Source: an uncultured Chloroflexia bacterium
Lineage (GTDB): Bacteria > Chloroflexota > Chloroflexia > Thermomicrobiales > UBA6265
DNA length: 64,000 nt
Assembly: GCA_963724295.1 (NCBI GenBank)
Contig: CAVRUC010000001.1
Location: 1-64,000, forward strand
Reading direction: 5' to 3'
How positions within the stretch are numbered: the first letter of the stretch is position 1; the number at the start of each line of letters is the position of its first letter. Below, in pieces: positions 31,728 through 42,417 of the stretch. The position numbers were made by a program, and so were the translations under genes. The notes below the pieces were generated by a model. The model searched no databases. It saw only the letters and a list, made by a program, of their open reading frames with translations, and was not told where the DNA came from.

Positions 31728-32624
31728 ATGTCCAGTCTTCGCCATCGTCGCATCACCTATTCGCAGAACTTTCTTCGCAGTCCTCGACTCGTCGACCGGC
31801 TTCTGGATCGCTCCGGCATCGGTGCCGATGACCTGGTCATCGAGATCGGACCCGGCCGCGGCGTCATCACGGAGCGATTGGCCGCGCGCAGCCGGCAGGT
31901 GCTGGCGGTCGAGCAGGATCCGATCCTTGTGGAAGAGCTTCGCACCCGCTTCGCGCACGCCGGAAACGTCGCTCTCTTCGCCGGTGACTTCCGGAGCTTC
32001 CCGCTCCCGCTCACCGCGTACAAGGTATTCGCCAACATTCCGTTCAACATCACCGCCGCTATCGTCGGCAAGCTAACCAGCGGTACCTCACCACCAATCG
32101 ACGCCTACCTGACCGCGCAGCGAGAGGCGGCCGACCGCTTCCTTGGCATCCCGCGCCAGACGCTCGTCGCCGTCCTTCTGCGGCCCTGGTTTGAACCGGC
32201 CGTGGTGCACCACTTCCGGCCGACCGATTTCGCTCCGAGACCCGGGGTCGAAGTGGTGCTTCTGCGACTGCAGCGGCGGTCAGTGCCGCTTGTCGCCTCA
32301 TGTGACGCCGCGCTTTTCAAGGATTTCACCGCGTACGTCTTCAGCGCATGGCAGCCGACAGTCCGTGATGCGCTGACGCTCCTGCTCCCGAAAAGAGCCG
32401 TGGCCGACATCGAGCGGATCACAGGCATATCGCTTGATCAGCCGCCCAGCGCCGTTCCCTTCGCTTCGTGGCCGCGACTTGTTGTCGCGTTCCGCGCGAG
32501 TGCCGGGCCGCGGATCGTGGCCGTGCAGGGGGCGCATCATCGGTTGCAACACCAGCAAGCCGGACTGCGGAAAGTGCACCGCACGCGGGGATCGTCCTCA
32601 CCGAGCGGGACCGGCGCGCCATGA
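31728..32624 (+). CDS. erm: Erm-family 23S rRNA adenine N6-methyltransferase
   Basis: SQNF, EIGPGRG, NIPF and F-x-P-x-P-x-V motifs; SQNF/NIPF favour Erm over KsgA; leader peptide upstream. Confidence 0.82.
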   Translation: MSSLRHRRITYSQNFLRSPRLVDRLLDRSGIGADDLVIEIGPGRGVITERLAARSRQVLAVEQDPILVEELRTRFAHAGNVALFAGDFRSFPLPLTAYKVFANIPFNITAAIVGKLTSGTSPPIDAYLTAQREAADRFLGIPRQTLVAVLLRPWFEPAVVHHFRPTDFAPRPGVEVVLLRLQRRSVPLVASCDAALFKDFTAYVFSAWQPTVRDALTLLLPKRAVADIERITGISLDQPPSAVPFASWPRLVVAFRASAGPRIVAVQGAHHRLQHQQAGLRKVHRTRGSSSPSGTGAP

Positions 32625-32904
32625 ACGGTCGTCGGTACAGAACTGGGTCCGAAAACCGCCCGCCACGACCCTTTGTGGCGATCAATCAGCGCTGCCAGTG
32701 AGCAGTCGTCGCGCTCTCCGGGTACCGGCTGGCCGGTCATGAACGCAGTCTAGAAGGTGACGTATTGACCAGGGATTTACAGCCCCTGTTCCCGACTTGA
32801 CAGCATTGCCGTTCCCGGCATGACAGCCGCCGCCCCTGGATACCCCTACGGTAGAACCAGTCCCGGGGGCTCCGGGCCGAGCACACAAGCTGGAGGAGGA
32901 ACAG

Positions 32905-33198
32905 ATGGACATCACGAGCATCGAGGCTGCTGTGGACACGCACGCTGCCGAGTTCGATACCCTGACCCGGTCGCTGCACGGGAAGGTGTCGCGGCGACGG
33001 ACATTCGGCCTGCTGGTGGCTCTCGCCACGGGTGTGTTCGGGGCCATCAGCCGCGGCGACGCCGAAGTTGCGGCAGCGACGTCAATCCCGCCGAACTGCA
33101 TCTACGTCTGTTGCGACGGGACGTGCGACTCGTGGAAGATGTGCATGAAGTGCGTCACCTGGCCCAAGCCGACCACGAACACGATCGCCAGCCGGTGA
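32905..33198 (+). CDS. Tat-like secreted Cys-rich mini-protein
   Basis: GGAGGAGG RBS; FDTLTR..SRRR, hydrophobic segment, then six Cys. Confidence 0.72.
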   Translation: MDITSIEAAVDTHAAEFDTLTRSLHGKVSRRRTFGLLVALATGVFGAISRGDAEVAAATSIPPNCIYVCCDGTCDSWKMCMKCVTWPKPTTNTIASR

Positions 33199-33385
33199 AC
33201 CGCGAGTCTATCAAGATCGCTGCTGAACACGGATCGGGTGCGTCGTGTCGTGGAGCGCCGACGACGCCTGACTGGAGCTGAAAAGCCGGCGCAAGGTCGG
33301 TCAACGGGGTGGTTGCGTGCAGGATGGCCCAGACGACGGCAGCTGACATGGACGACTGACGACGAGTCTATCTGACTTCGAGAGC

Positions 33386-34750
33386 TCAGCTCGCCGCCTC
33401 GGCATCGACCTCGTAGCCGAATTCACGGAGCAAGTCGCCAAACTGGGTCTCCACGGCTGCGCGCAGCTCCGGTGACAGATCGTTTCGCCAACGCCCGATC
33501 GAGGCCTCTGGCGAGCCGGACGTCCCATGGCCGCGCAGCTCCGGAGCGTCCGCCGCGCCGACGAGGCGAGAGACGGTCTCCGGCGTTGCATCCAACCCGA
33601 GGAAGGTCAGGAGCCGTGGTAGTGTCGAGGCCGGGTCGCGCACGAGATCTTCGTAGCGGACGAGACTCCCTGGCTCACCACGGTCGCGCCAGGCGGCACG
33701 CAGGACGAGAAAGTTCTGAAGCAGGTAAGCCAGCCAGGCCTCGTCGCTCCCGGCTTTGTCTCGCCCGAAGTCACCGGCCCCCGTGCGGGCGTTGTAGGCC
33801 TGCATGGAGGCCACCATGTCGCGGAAATCACGCACCAGGAACAGCTCTCGCGCGTCGGGATAGAGGTCGCGCATGAGCCGCGGGTAGGCGTCGGGAAAAT
33901 GCTTCTCCGCGAAGTAGACGAGCGGCTCGATCGCCTGACCCTGCGCCGCCGCGGTTGCCAAGTACCAGCCGTCGATACTGCGCTGGCAGAAGGCAGCCAG
34001 ATCTTCGACATACGCTGCCCCGGACCAGGCCTCGACCTCGGGCCAGGCCGCGAACGCGGCGGAGTAGAAGGGGTTGCCGCCCGCGGCCAGCGGCTCGAGG
34101 TGGAACTCCATCGGCGCCCCGACCCGCTTGCTGGCATCGGTCGGCGCGGCCAGGGTCTTCAGCACGTGCGTCCAGTACTTGCCGCCGCGCGCCTCGTACG
34201 GCGGACGGGCGTAGGCGACCACCCCGGGATGCGCGGCGAGCATCCGCATCAGCAAGGTCGTTCCCGTCCGACCAAACGAGTTCACGAGCAGCGGCTGTAA
34301 CCGCGGTGCGTATCCCGTCTCCAGCGGACGGCGCTGCCCGCTGATGAGGGCCACATTCGCGCGCGAGCCATCGGCGAGCGTCGCGCGCAGGTGAAACTCG
34401 AAGTTCCGTCGCAGGATGAGGGTATTGACCAGCAGCGTGAACCCGCACTCCGCCGCCCAGGGTACATCGGGATGACGGGCGGCCACCTCCGGACTGGGGA
34501 GCACTGGCCGGCCCGACGCCACCACCAGTCCCGGCACGACCGCTTCGACCTCCTGGACCGGCCCGTCGGCGGCGAGCACGTGCCCGCGCACGCGCACCGC
34601 CCAGGCGTCGCTCGTGCCGCCCTCGACCGGGGTGTCGATCGACGCTTCCAGCAACCCCTCTTGCCGCACGTCACGGATCGGGTCCACGGAGAGGTTTGTG
34701 ACCGGAGGCGCTGGGGTCACGAGCGAGGGCCTTTCACCAGGGCGGGACAC
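33386..34750 (-). CDS. Sulfotransferase family protein with an extra N-terminal domain
   Basis: GRTGTT 5'-PSB, VRD-x-RD-x-x-AS 3'-PB, RYEDL, SIGRWR. Confidence 0.85.
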   Translation of the reverse strand: MSRPGERPSLVTPAPPVTNLSVDPIRDVRQEGLLEASIDTPVEGGTSDAWAVRVRGHVLAADGPVQEVEAVVPGLVVASGRPVLPSPEVAARHPDVPWAAECGFTLLVNTLILRRNFEFHLRATLADGSRANVALISGQRRPLETGYAPRLQPLLVNSFGRTGTTLLMRMLAAHPGVVAYARPPYEARGGKYWTHVLKTLAAPTDASKRVGAPMEFHLEPLAAGGNPFYSAAFAAWPEVEAWSGAAYVEDLAAFCQRSIDGWYLATAAAQGQAIEPLVYFAEKHFPDAYPRLMRDLYPDARELFLVRDFRDMVASMQAYNARTGAGDFGRDKAGSDEAWLAYLLQNFLVLRAAWRDRGEPGSLVRYEDLVRDPASTLPRLLTFLGLDATPETVSRLVGAADAPELRGHGTSGSPEASIGRWRNDLSPELRAAVETQFGDLLREFGYEVDAEAAS

Positions 34751-34966
34751 ACACCCGCCCCGGGCAGCGCCGGGGCGGACGGGCGGATGATAGGCGTTCC
34801 GGGTGGAGACTGGTCAAGCAGTTCCAGTGTGACTCGCGATTCGGCGAGAATAAGTCGACGTTGGTTAGCTTCCGCCGCCGTCGGCTCGTGCACTGGATCG
34901 ACGGCGCGGTCCGCACCGAGAGCCGCACGCTTCTGCGCGACGCCCCGTTGAACCGCGACGGCCGGC

Positions 34967-35662
34967 TTATGAAGCCGCGCTCGCCTCCTGGGGAATCAGG
35001 CCCGAGCCCCAGGCAGGGCAGCCAACTCCCGTCGCGTGAACGGGACAGTAGCCATTCGGCACCTTGTGCAGGTATTGCTGGTGATAGTCCTCGGCGAGGT
35101 AGACCGGGCCGGCGGGGGCGATCTCGGTGGTGATCGCGCCGAAACCTGCCTCCTTCAACGCGGTCTCGTAGGTGTCACGGCTCATCTCGGCGGCGGCTTG
35201 CTGCTCCGGGGTGGTGGTGTAGATCGCGGAGCGATACTGGGTGCCCATGTCGTTGCCCTGGCGCATGCCCTGGGTGGGGTCGTGTGACTCCCAGAAGACC
35301 CGCAGCAGATCGTCGTAGCTGATTTTCGCGGGGTCGTAGACCACCTGCACGACCTCGGCGTGGCCGGTCTTGCCGGAGCAGACCTCCTCGTAGGTCGGGT
35401 TCGGTGTGTAGCCTCCGGCGTATGCCGCGGCCGTGCTGTAGACGCCGGGCAAATTCCAGAAGATCTGCTCGGCGCCCCAGAAGCAGCCCAGACCGAAGAT
35501 CGCCGTCTCCAATCCCGGTGAGAACGGTCCCTGCAACGGCGTGCCGAGCACTTCGTGTCGATCGGGGATCGAGAACGGTGGCGCCGGGCGGCCGGGAAGG
35601 GCGCCATCTGGTTCGACCATGGTCATCTTCTTGCGTCCAAAGAGCAGGGCGTCGAGCATCAT
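34967..35662 (-). CDS. msrA: Peptide-methionine (S)-S-oxide reductase
   Basis: [24 protein letters not shown]. Confidence 0.96.
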   Translation of the reverse strand: MMLDALLFGRKKMTMVEPDGALPGRPAPPFSIPDRHEVLGTPLQGPFSPGLETAIFGLGCFWGAEQIFWNLPGVYSTAAAYAGGYTPNPTYEEVCSGKTGHAEVVQVVYDPAKISYDDLLRVFWESHDPTQGMRQGNDMGTQYRSAIYTTTPEQQAAAEMSRDTYETALKEAGFGAITTEIAPAGPVYLAEDYHQQYLHKVPNGYCPVHATGVGCPAWGSGLIPQEASAAS

Positions 35663-35809
35663 CACTTCTCCGTTCCGCCGCACGCGTGCCGCGCGGCCAT
35701 GTTTGCCCACAGCATAGTCGAGTCAGTACAAGCTCGGGTTGCCGATATAACGCGGGCAACCTGATCCGAGTTCCATGTGAATCTGTGGCATTCGAGCGCA
35801 CGCGCATCG

Positions 35810-35887
35810 CTCCCCCTCTCCCGGCTCCGACGGGCCGGGTACCCACGACGGGGTGGCCTCTGGGCCGGGCGGGTAGGGGGTGAGGGC
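35810..35887. repeat. REP-like element, CCCCCTCTCC..GGGTGAGGG family
   Basis: 23-mer at 35812-35834 matches 60412-60434 with 2 mismatches. Confidence 0.65.
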
Positions 35888-35961
35888 CTATTTGCTAGAC
35901 TCGGTCCCACATCCATCGCCCGAGCCGTCGTGATCCCGCCGTCGCGCCCGGAGAAACTGCC

Positions 35962-36624
35962 GTGCACCTCCCCGACACGACACCTCGCGAGTCAGACCCA
36001 GACCGGGAGACCCTCGCCCAGCAGGTCCGTGCCTTGCAGGAGCGTCTGGCCTTTTACGAGGGATTTGACCGGCTCATCCAGGACAACGTCGCCCACGCTC
36101 GCGAGCTATTCCGGCTGGCGGCCCAGGAGCGCGAGGCGGCGACGACCGCGATCGATCAGGCTCGACAGGAGGCCGGTCGGCGGGAGGCGCATCTCCGCCA
36201 GGAGCTCGAGCAGATCGCCGCCGGTTTGAGGCAGCTCTCACAGATCGCCGAGGCCCTGTCCGGTCGCGTGGGGCGGGCATTGGGTGAGCCGGCGATCCAG
36301 AACGGCTGGACAGGATCCACGCGGACAGCCGACCCGGGCACGGAGCACTCGGTAGCCGTCGTCGTGCACGGGGTGCCATCGGCGCGGACCGCGCTTTCGC
36401 TCCAGCGCTTCGTCGCCTCCCTGCCTCAAGTCGCCGATGTCTCGGCGCGGGAGTTTATCGGCGGAGTGCTCCGGCTCGATGCCCGGGTGCGGGACCGGCT
36501 CGAGGCTGCCCAGTTCTTGACGTGGGGTGATGCCCACTCGATCGAGATGCTCACGGAGCGGCCGGACGTGCTCGAGCTGGTGCTTCGGGAACCGGCAACG
36601 AGGGTAATGGGTGATGGGTCATAG
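35962..36624 (+). CDS. Hypothetical coiled-coil protein with a small C-terminal alpha/beta domain
   Basis: Heptad-rich N-terminal half; GGAGA RBS. Confidence 0.7.
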   Translation: MHLPDTTPRESDPDRETLAQQVRALQERLAFYEGFDRLIQDNVAHARELFRLAAQEREAATTAIDQARQEAGRREAHLRQELEQIAAGLRQLSQIAEALSGRVGRALGEPAIQNGWTGSTRTADPGTEHSVAVVVHGVPSARTALSLQRFVASLPQVADVSAREFIGGVLRLDARVRDRLEAAQFLTWGDAHSIEMLTERPDVLELVLREPATRVMGDGS

Positions 36625-36728
36625 GTGATGGGGTTCAGGGGCAGGGTGTCAGGGTGGCGGGGTAAGGGTTCTCCCTGCCACCCTGCCACCACGAGCGCAG
36701 CGAGTAATCACCCTATTACCCATCACCC
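36602..36728. repeat. GGGTGAT-armed palindromic repeat, copy 1
   Basis: Core ACCACGAGCGCAGCGAGTAATCACCC at 36688-36713 with heptamer/octamer arms. Confidence 0.8.
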
Positions 36729-37031
36729 CGGCTTGACCTCGATCTCGACGAAGACGAATTCATGTGGGGTGTCGTTGATCACGTCGTGCTCCACCCCGGC
36801 CTGACGCGCATAGGCTTGGCCGGCGATGAGCTCAGCCGTTGCCGGTCCGCTCGCGGTCTCGAGCGTGAGCCGTCCGGTCGTCATCGGCACCACGACGTAG
36901 TCGAAGGCGTGCCGGTGCCACCCGATGTGGGCGCCGGGCGCAAATCGCCACTCAGTGACGATGAAGCGGTCGTTCTCGACCTGCGTCGTCGGCACGGCGA
37001 GCGGCCTGGGATCAGGCGCTGGTTCGGACAC
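36723..37031 (-). CDS. Cupin domain protein
   Basis: WHRH..YVVVP, GVEHDV and FVEIE motifs. Confidence 0.85.
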   Translation of the reverse strand: MSEPAPDPRPLAVPTTQVENDRFIVTEWRFAPGAHIGWHRHAFDYVVVPMTTGRLTLETASGPATAELIAGQAYARQAGVEHDVINDTPHEFVFVEIEVKPG

Positions 37032-37085
37032 GGCGGGGTTCCTTGGGGCAAGCGCACTGGATCGCGCCTCATCGGGGCACGAAGA

Positions 37086-37113
37086 AGCCCTGCGCCGCTA
37101 GCGGCGCAGGGCT
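37086..37113 (-). terminator. Probable intrinsic terminator
   Basis: Perfect palindrome AGCCCTGCGCCGCTAGCGGCGCAGGGCT followed by TCTTC on the minus strand, just after the 37140 stop. Confidence 0.65.
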
Positions 37114-37139
37114 GATCGTCTCAGTGCACTAGCGAGAGA

Positions 37140-37460
37140 CTACTCCGACACCCGCTCGGCGACGACGTCCGCGATGGCACCAGGAGTGATGATCGCCGCG
37201 CCATCGATGCTCGGCAGGAACTCGACAACCACCGGCCACACGCTGCCCTCGACACCAACCGCCAGGACCGCTGTCGGCGCACCATCGGTGGTGACGATGT
37301 CATAGTTGTAGCCGAACACCGGGTTGAAGACGAATGCGTCGTCGTCGAAAATGGTGGCTCCCGGCGACTGAGCACTGGCTACCCCAGTGAGGCCCATCGA
37401 AAGAGTCGCGAAAGCCGCAACAGCGACTAGACCGCGGCGAACGAACTGCGTAGCACGCAT
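37140..37460 (-). CDS. Secreted hypothetical protein
   Basis: AAGGAG RBS; signal peptide ending ASA-Q. Confidence 0.7.
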   Translation of the reverse strand: MRATQFVRRGLVAVAAFATLSMGLTGVASAQSPGATIFDDDAFVFNPVFGYNYDIVTTDGAPTAVLAVGVEGSVWPVVVEFLPSIDGAAIITPGAIADVVAERVSE

Positions 37461-37905
37461 GGAATCCGGCTCCTTTCGTACATCCCGCGCCCCATCCCGT
37501 CTCGGAGCGCCTCCCCAATCCCGCACCCGAGCACTGGCGTCGCAGAACGCGACCAGTGCTCCCCCCACGTGATCCTCAGCATGATACACCATTCTGGGCA
37601 TCTGCCAAGTCTCCACATGAGGTTTTTTGTCCCGAAAATGCAATCACCTCCTCGTTCCCACGCGTCGTGCGCCGAGTATGCCGGGGACCACCATCCCCTC
37701 TTCGCAGGCGATGCCGCCGTAATCGGGATCGAGCGCCGCAACGACGGCCCGGTCTGCCGTCGTCATGCCCGCGGTTTCGTCGGCCACCTGGACGTCGTAG
37801 CAGCTGACGCAACGGTCGCGACCCGCGATGTGCGGGCTTCCTGTTCGTCTTGAACGCGGTGGCCGTGGAGGCGGTTTCGTTGCGGCCCAATCGTTGCGGC
37901 TGTTT

Positions 37906-38184
37906 CTACTGCACTGTGGTGTCCGCGGTTACGGCCAGCCGAGCCGGGTCGACTCCACGCAGATCGAGGAGATTTTCACCGTTTGCCAGTGCCGGTGAAA
38001 TGAGGCTGACGAGGGCTCTTGCCTGATCGCCGTCGGCGCATTCCGCCAGCGTGAACTCCTGCTCCCAGGCCGAGGCCACGATCCGGGTGCGGGGATCGAA
38101 CTTCGCGACCTGTTGATAACCGACATGCGCGGTGCGCGCCAGATTGACGAGTACCGGCCAGTCGCTCCTGGTCATCACCCACAT
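37906..38184 (-). CDS. Hypothetical protein
   Basis: ORF with plausible composition; no family recognised. Confidence 0.55.
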   Translation of the reverse strand: MWVMTRSDWPVLVNLARTAHVGYQQVAKFDPRTRIVASAWEQEFTLAECADGDQARALVSLISPALANGENLLDLRGVDPARLAVTADTTVQ

Positions 38185-38218
38185 GCTCGTCGATCCTCGT
38201 TGTTGCCGCCTCGTTCCT

Positions 38219-39532
38219 TCAACGCGGTCCTTGCCCGAGCGTGGTCGCCAGCCAGCCCTTCGTGGCCAGGAGCGACGTTGCGCTTCGGGCTAACCATTCC
38301 AGGGCGACGGCCGCGGCGACCGCGCCGAGCACGGCCATCGGCACATGGTAGCGGTCGAATTCGGAACGCATGCCGAGGATCGTAACCAGGACCTGACCGC
38401 CGAGGACGGCGACTACCAGCGCACGCGGCGAGTAGGGTCCGTCCCGGATCGCCAGACCGGCCATCAGGACGATGCCGAGGACGGGGATCAGGAACTCCAG
38501 CTGCCGTACCGGAGGAGCCGCCGCCGGTCCTCCTAACAGGGAAACCACCGACGCCGAGAGGTTGTACCGCTCGGTGAAATTGAGGTTGACCCGGCGCAGC
38601 GCCTCGGCGCGGCTCGGGACGGCCATGACGGGCCAGTCGGACGACTGGGCGGCCATCTCTTCGACGCGGAACGTAAAGAGATGGCGCGTGTGGGCGATCG
38701 GATTCGGCCAGAGATAAGGGTATGAGGCGACGAAAACCAGCAGCGCCGCGACGCCGATCACGACTCCCCGGGCCGCGTAGCTGAATTCCTGAGAGGCGAC
38801 GCGGCGACGACGAATCGACGTGACGGCGAAGATCACCATGCCGCCCGCGCTGAGGCCAGCGGCAACGGCCAGCGGCGAGAGCTTGGTCGCTCCACCCAGG
38901 CCCAACAGCACGCCGAGGAGCGTTGCCCGCCTCCAGCTGGGCCTTTGCGCGAACCACGCCGCCGCCCAGGCGGCGAGCGCGATCAGCAAACCAAAGAGGG
39001 CATCGGACATGGCGATCGAACCGATGTACACCGTGAATGGGTGGATGCGCGAAGAGTGCTCCCGCGGCAATCGCCCACGGCAGGGTGAGATAGGTTCGCG
39101 CCACCCCAATCAGCGCGATGGCGGTGAGGGCGACCAACGCGGCGCTCGTCCGGCGGCCGGCGGCTAGATCCTCCGGGACCGGTTTGTGGCCTAGAGCGAT
39201 ATTCTGCTCCCAGGGCAAGGAAAAGTCCCACGGCGCGTTTGTCTCCAGATCGCGACCGTGCGCCAGGAGCCCGATTCCCATGGCGTACGACCCCAGCGGT
39301 GGCTGCCCGCGGGTCATGTACTGATCGGCCCAGGTCCGACCGAAGGGATCGGCCAGCGCGGCGACATAATGCGCCCGTGACAACCAGCGGCTCTCGTCCG
39401 GATTGAAGTTTGGCCACCTGCCGGCGGCATCTGCCAGCGCAAACGCGAGCACCGCGACGGACAGCACGGCGAACAGCGCCGGACATGACCCACGATGCGA
39501 ATTGCCTGCTGACTGCGGCCGTTCCCGGCCAC
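38219..39532 (-). CDS. GT-C fold (ArnT/PMT-like) membrane glycosyltransferase, frameshifted near 39047 and possibly near 39480
   Basis: NPDE, QPPL, GGATK and DRY motifs; multiple TM segments; start uncertain. Confidence 0.72.
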
Positions 39533-39576
39533 GTGGACAGTCAGGCGAATTGAGCGCGCCGTCGCGTCCTACGCTC

Positions 39577-39600
39577 GTAGGGGCGACGCCTGCGTCGCCC
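39577..39600 (+). repeat. GTAG-type REP
   Basis: GTAG followed by the palindrome GGGCGACGC-CT-GCGTCGCCC. Confidence 0.7.
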
Positions 39601-39795
39601 GCGTCGCTCCCAAGCGCAGCGTCCGCTCCGTCTCGCCGCGATGCGACGGGTCTCCAAAACCAGATGATCATCCACCCAGGACGATAACGACGAACGGCCC
39701 TCATCACGCACGAATGATGCTTGCCGCGCCTCGTGAACAGCCACGTCGCGGTAGAGTAGGCCGACAACGCGATGTCGTGTCATTGCAAGGAAAGC

Positions 39796-39893
39796 GGGTG
39801 ATGGGGTGAAAGGGTCATAGGGTGATAGGGAGGACGATTCCCCCGCTACCCTGACACCACGAGCGCAGTGAGTATTCACCCAATTACCCATCA
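39796..39893. repeat. GGGTGAT-armed palindromic repeat, copy 2
   Basis: Core ACCACGAGCGCAGTGAGTATTCACCC at 39856-39881. Confidence 0.8.
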
Positions 39894-39896
39894 GCC

Positions 39897-42358
39897 ATGA
39901 CCCAGGGGGCCCCCATGGAGACCCGAGCGTCCGTTGTTATCATCGGCGCGGGAATCGTCGGCTCGGCGGCCGCGCACTTTCTATCCAATCTCGGCTGGCG
40001 CGACGTCGTGGTCGTCGATCAGGGACCACTTTTTGCGACCGGCGGGTCGACGTCACACGCGCCCGGTCTCGTGTTTCAGACCAACGGCTCGAAGACGATG
40101 ACCCAGTTTGCCCGCGAGACGGTCGAGCTTTTCGCCTCGCTGGAGAACGACGGTCAGCCGTGCTGGTATGGCGTCGGCAGTCTCGAGGTGGCTACGACTC
40201 CCGCCCGCTGGGCCGACCTCCATCGCAAGCTGGGCTGGGCAAGAAGCTGGGGGCTCGACGCCACGTTGCTGACGCCGGCGGAAACCAGAGCCAAACTCGA
40301 TCTGATCGACGACTCGGTGATCCTGGGCGCTTATTACGTGCCGACCGACGGAGTCGCCAAACCGGTCTGGGCCGCCGAGGAGCTGGCACGATCGACGCGC
40401 GGCGTGGCGTTCTACCCGAGAACGGCTGTCCTCGGCGTCGAAACGGATCGCGGGCGGGTGCGAGCCGTGGTCACCACCAACGGCCGCATCGAAACCGAAC
40501 AGGTCCTGGTCTGTTGCGGCATCTGGGGACCACGCATCGGCCGTATGGTCGGCGTACCGATCCCTCTGGCGCCGGTCGAGCATCAGCTCGCGTGGACGAC
40601 GCCGCTGCCCGAGCTTGCCGGTGAAACTGGTGAGATCCGGCAACCGATCCTGCGCCACCAGGACCAGGATCTCTACTTCCGGCAGCGGCGGGATCACTAC
40701 GCCGTCGGTGGCTACGGTCACGAGCCGGTGGTGGTCGATCCACGCGATATCCGACCGCACGGCGCGCCGGACGATATGCCGGCTTCCAACCCATTCGATG
40801 CCGAGGCGTTCATCCCGGCCTGGGAGGCTGCCGTCGAGCTGGTCCCGGCGCTGCGGCAGGTCGAGATCGCCAGCGCGATCAACGGGATGTTCTCGTTCAC
40901 CCCGGATGGGTTCCCGTTGCTCGGGGAGTCGGACCGGTTGCGCGGGTTCTGGCTGGCCGAAGCGATCTGGATCACCCACGCCGCCGGCGCGGCCAAAGCG
41001 ATTGCGCAATTGATGACCAACGGCCGCACGGACCTCGATCTGCGGGAGAGCGACCCAATCGCTTCGATGCCTACGCCACCACCGATGCCTACGTCCGCGA
41101 ACGGGGGGCGCAGCAGTACCGGGAGGTCTACGACGTCATCCACCCATTGCAGCCACTGGAGCAGCCGCGTCCGCTGCGCCGCTCCCCGTTCTACGCCTCG
41201 CAACGCGATCTGGGCGCGGTCTTCTTCGAGAGCCGCGGCTGGGAGGCGCCTCGCTGGTACGAGGCGAATGCGCGCCTGGTCGACCGCTACGAGATTCCGC
41301 CGCGGACGGGGTGGGCGGGGAAGTTCTGGTCGCCAATCGCCGGCGCGGAGCATCTGGCGACGCGCGAGCGCGCCGCGCTCTTCGACATGACGCCGTTGCC
41401 CAAGATCGAGGTCACGGGTCCCGCGGCAGGGGAGTGGCTGGAGGGACTGACCTCGAACAAGGTGGCGCGGAAACCGGGGAGTGTCACCTACGCGCTGCTG
41501 CTGGACGAGAGCGGCGGTATCCGCAGCGACATCACCGTGGCGCGTCTCGACGCGGAGACATTCCAGATCGGGGCCAACGGACTTGCCGACGTCGCGTGGT
41601 TGCGACGTTTCCTTCCCGAGGACGGAACGGTCCAGGTGCGTGACGTCACCGGGGCGCTCGCCTGCGTCGGACTCTGGGGACCTCGGGCCCGTGACATCGT
41701 CGAGCGCGTGAGCGGTGACGATTGGTCGAATACGGCGTTTCCCTATTACACGATGCGAGCCCTGGCAGTCGGTGAGATCCCCGTCCGTGCCCTCCGCGTC
41801 TCATACGTCGGCGAGTTGGGGTGGGAGCTCTACACGTCGCCGGAATACGGCGCGCGGCTGTGGGAGCTGCTCTGGCAGGCCGGTCAGTCAGACGGGTTGG
41901 TCGCGGCCGGCCGCGCGGCCTTCGACACGCTGCGGCTGGAGAAGGGCTACCGGCTGTGGGGTGCCGACATGCACACGGAGTACCGGCCGGACGAAGCGGG
42001 TGTTGGCTTCGCCGTCAAGCTGAGTAAAGGTCCATTCGTCGGACGCGAAGCGCTGCAAGTACCAGAGCAAGAGACCAGCGCCACCCCGCGCCGGCGACTC
42101 TGCTGCCTGCAATTTGTCGATCCCGCGGTCGTGGTCATGGGGAAGGAACCGGTGTTCCTTGGTGACGAAGTGCACGGATACGTCACCAGCGCCGGGTTCG
42201 GCTACTCGACCGGGGAGAGTCTCGCCTACGCCTACCTTCCCGCCGGCTGTGCCGCTGAAGGTACGATGGTCGAGGTGGAGTATTTCGGTGACCGATTCCC
42301 CGTGACTGTCGTCAGCGAGCCGCGCTGGGATCCCGCAGGCGCGCGTCTGCGGGTCTAA
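39897..42358 (+). CDS. FAD-dependent oxidoreductase-GcvT fusion (dimethylglycine/sarcosine dehydrogenase-like), frameshifted at ~41055
   Basis: GAGIVG, GSTSHAPG, FTPDG; GcvT motifs ELGWE and LRLEKGY; D-P-N-R-F broken by a missing C. Confidence 0.9.
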
Positions 42359-42417
42359 TCCGTCGTCACGAGACCTACGCCTTCGTCGACTTCAAGACAG
42401 TCGGTGTCAGGTGGCGC

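Noticed and set aside
22585..35662. MsrA or MsrB as selenoproteins given selB
   Set aside because: Both encode ordinary Cys at the catalytic positions in uninterrupted ORFs.
36602..36728. GGGTGAT repeats as a CRISPR array or telomere-like tract
   Set aside because: Units are 7-8 nt and degenerate, with no unique spacers and no cas genes.
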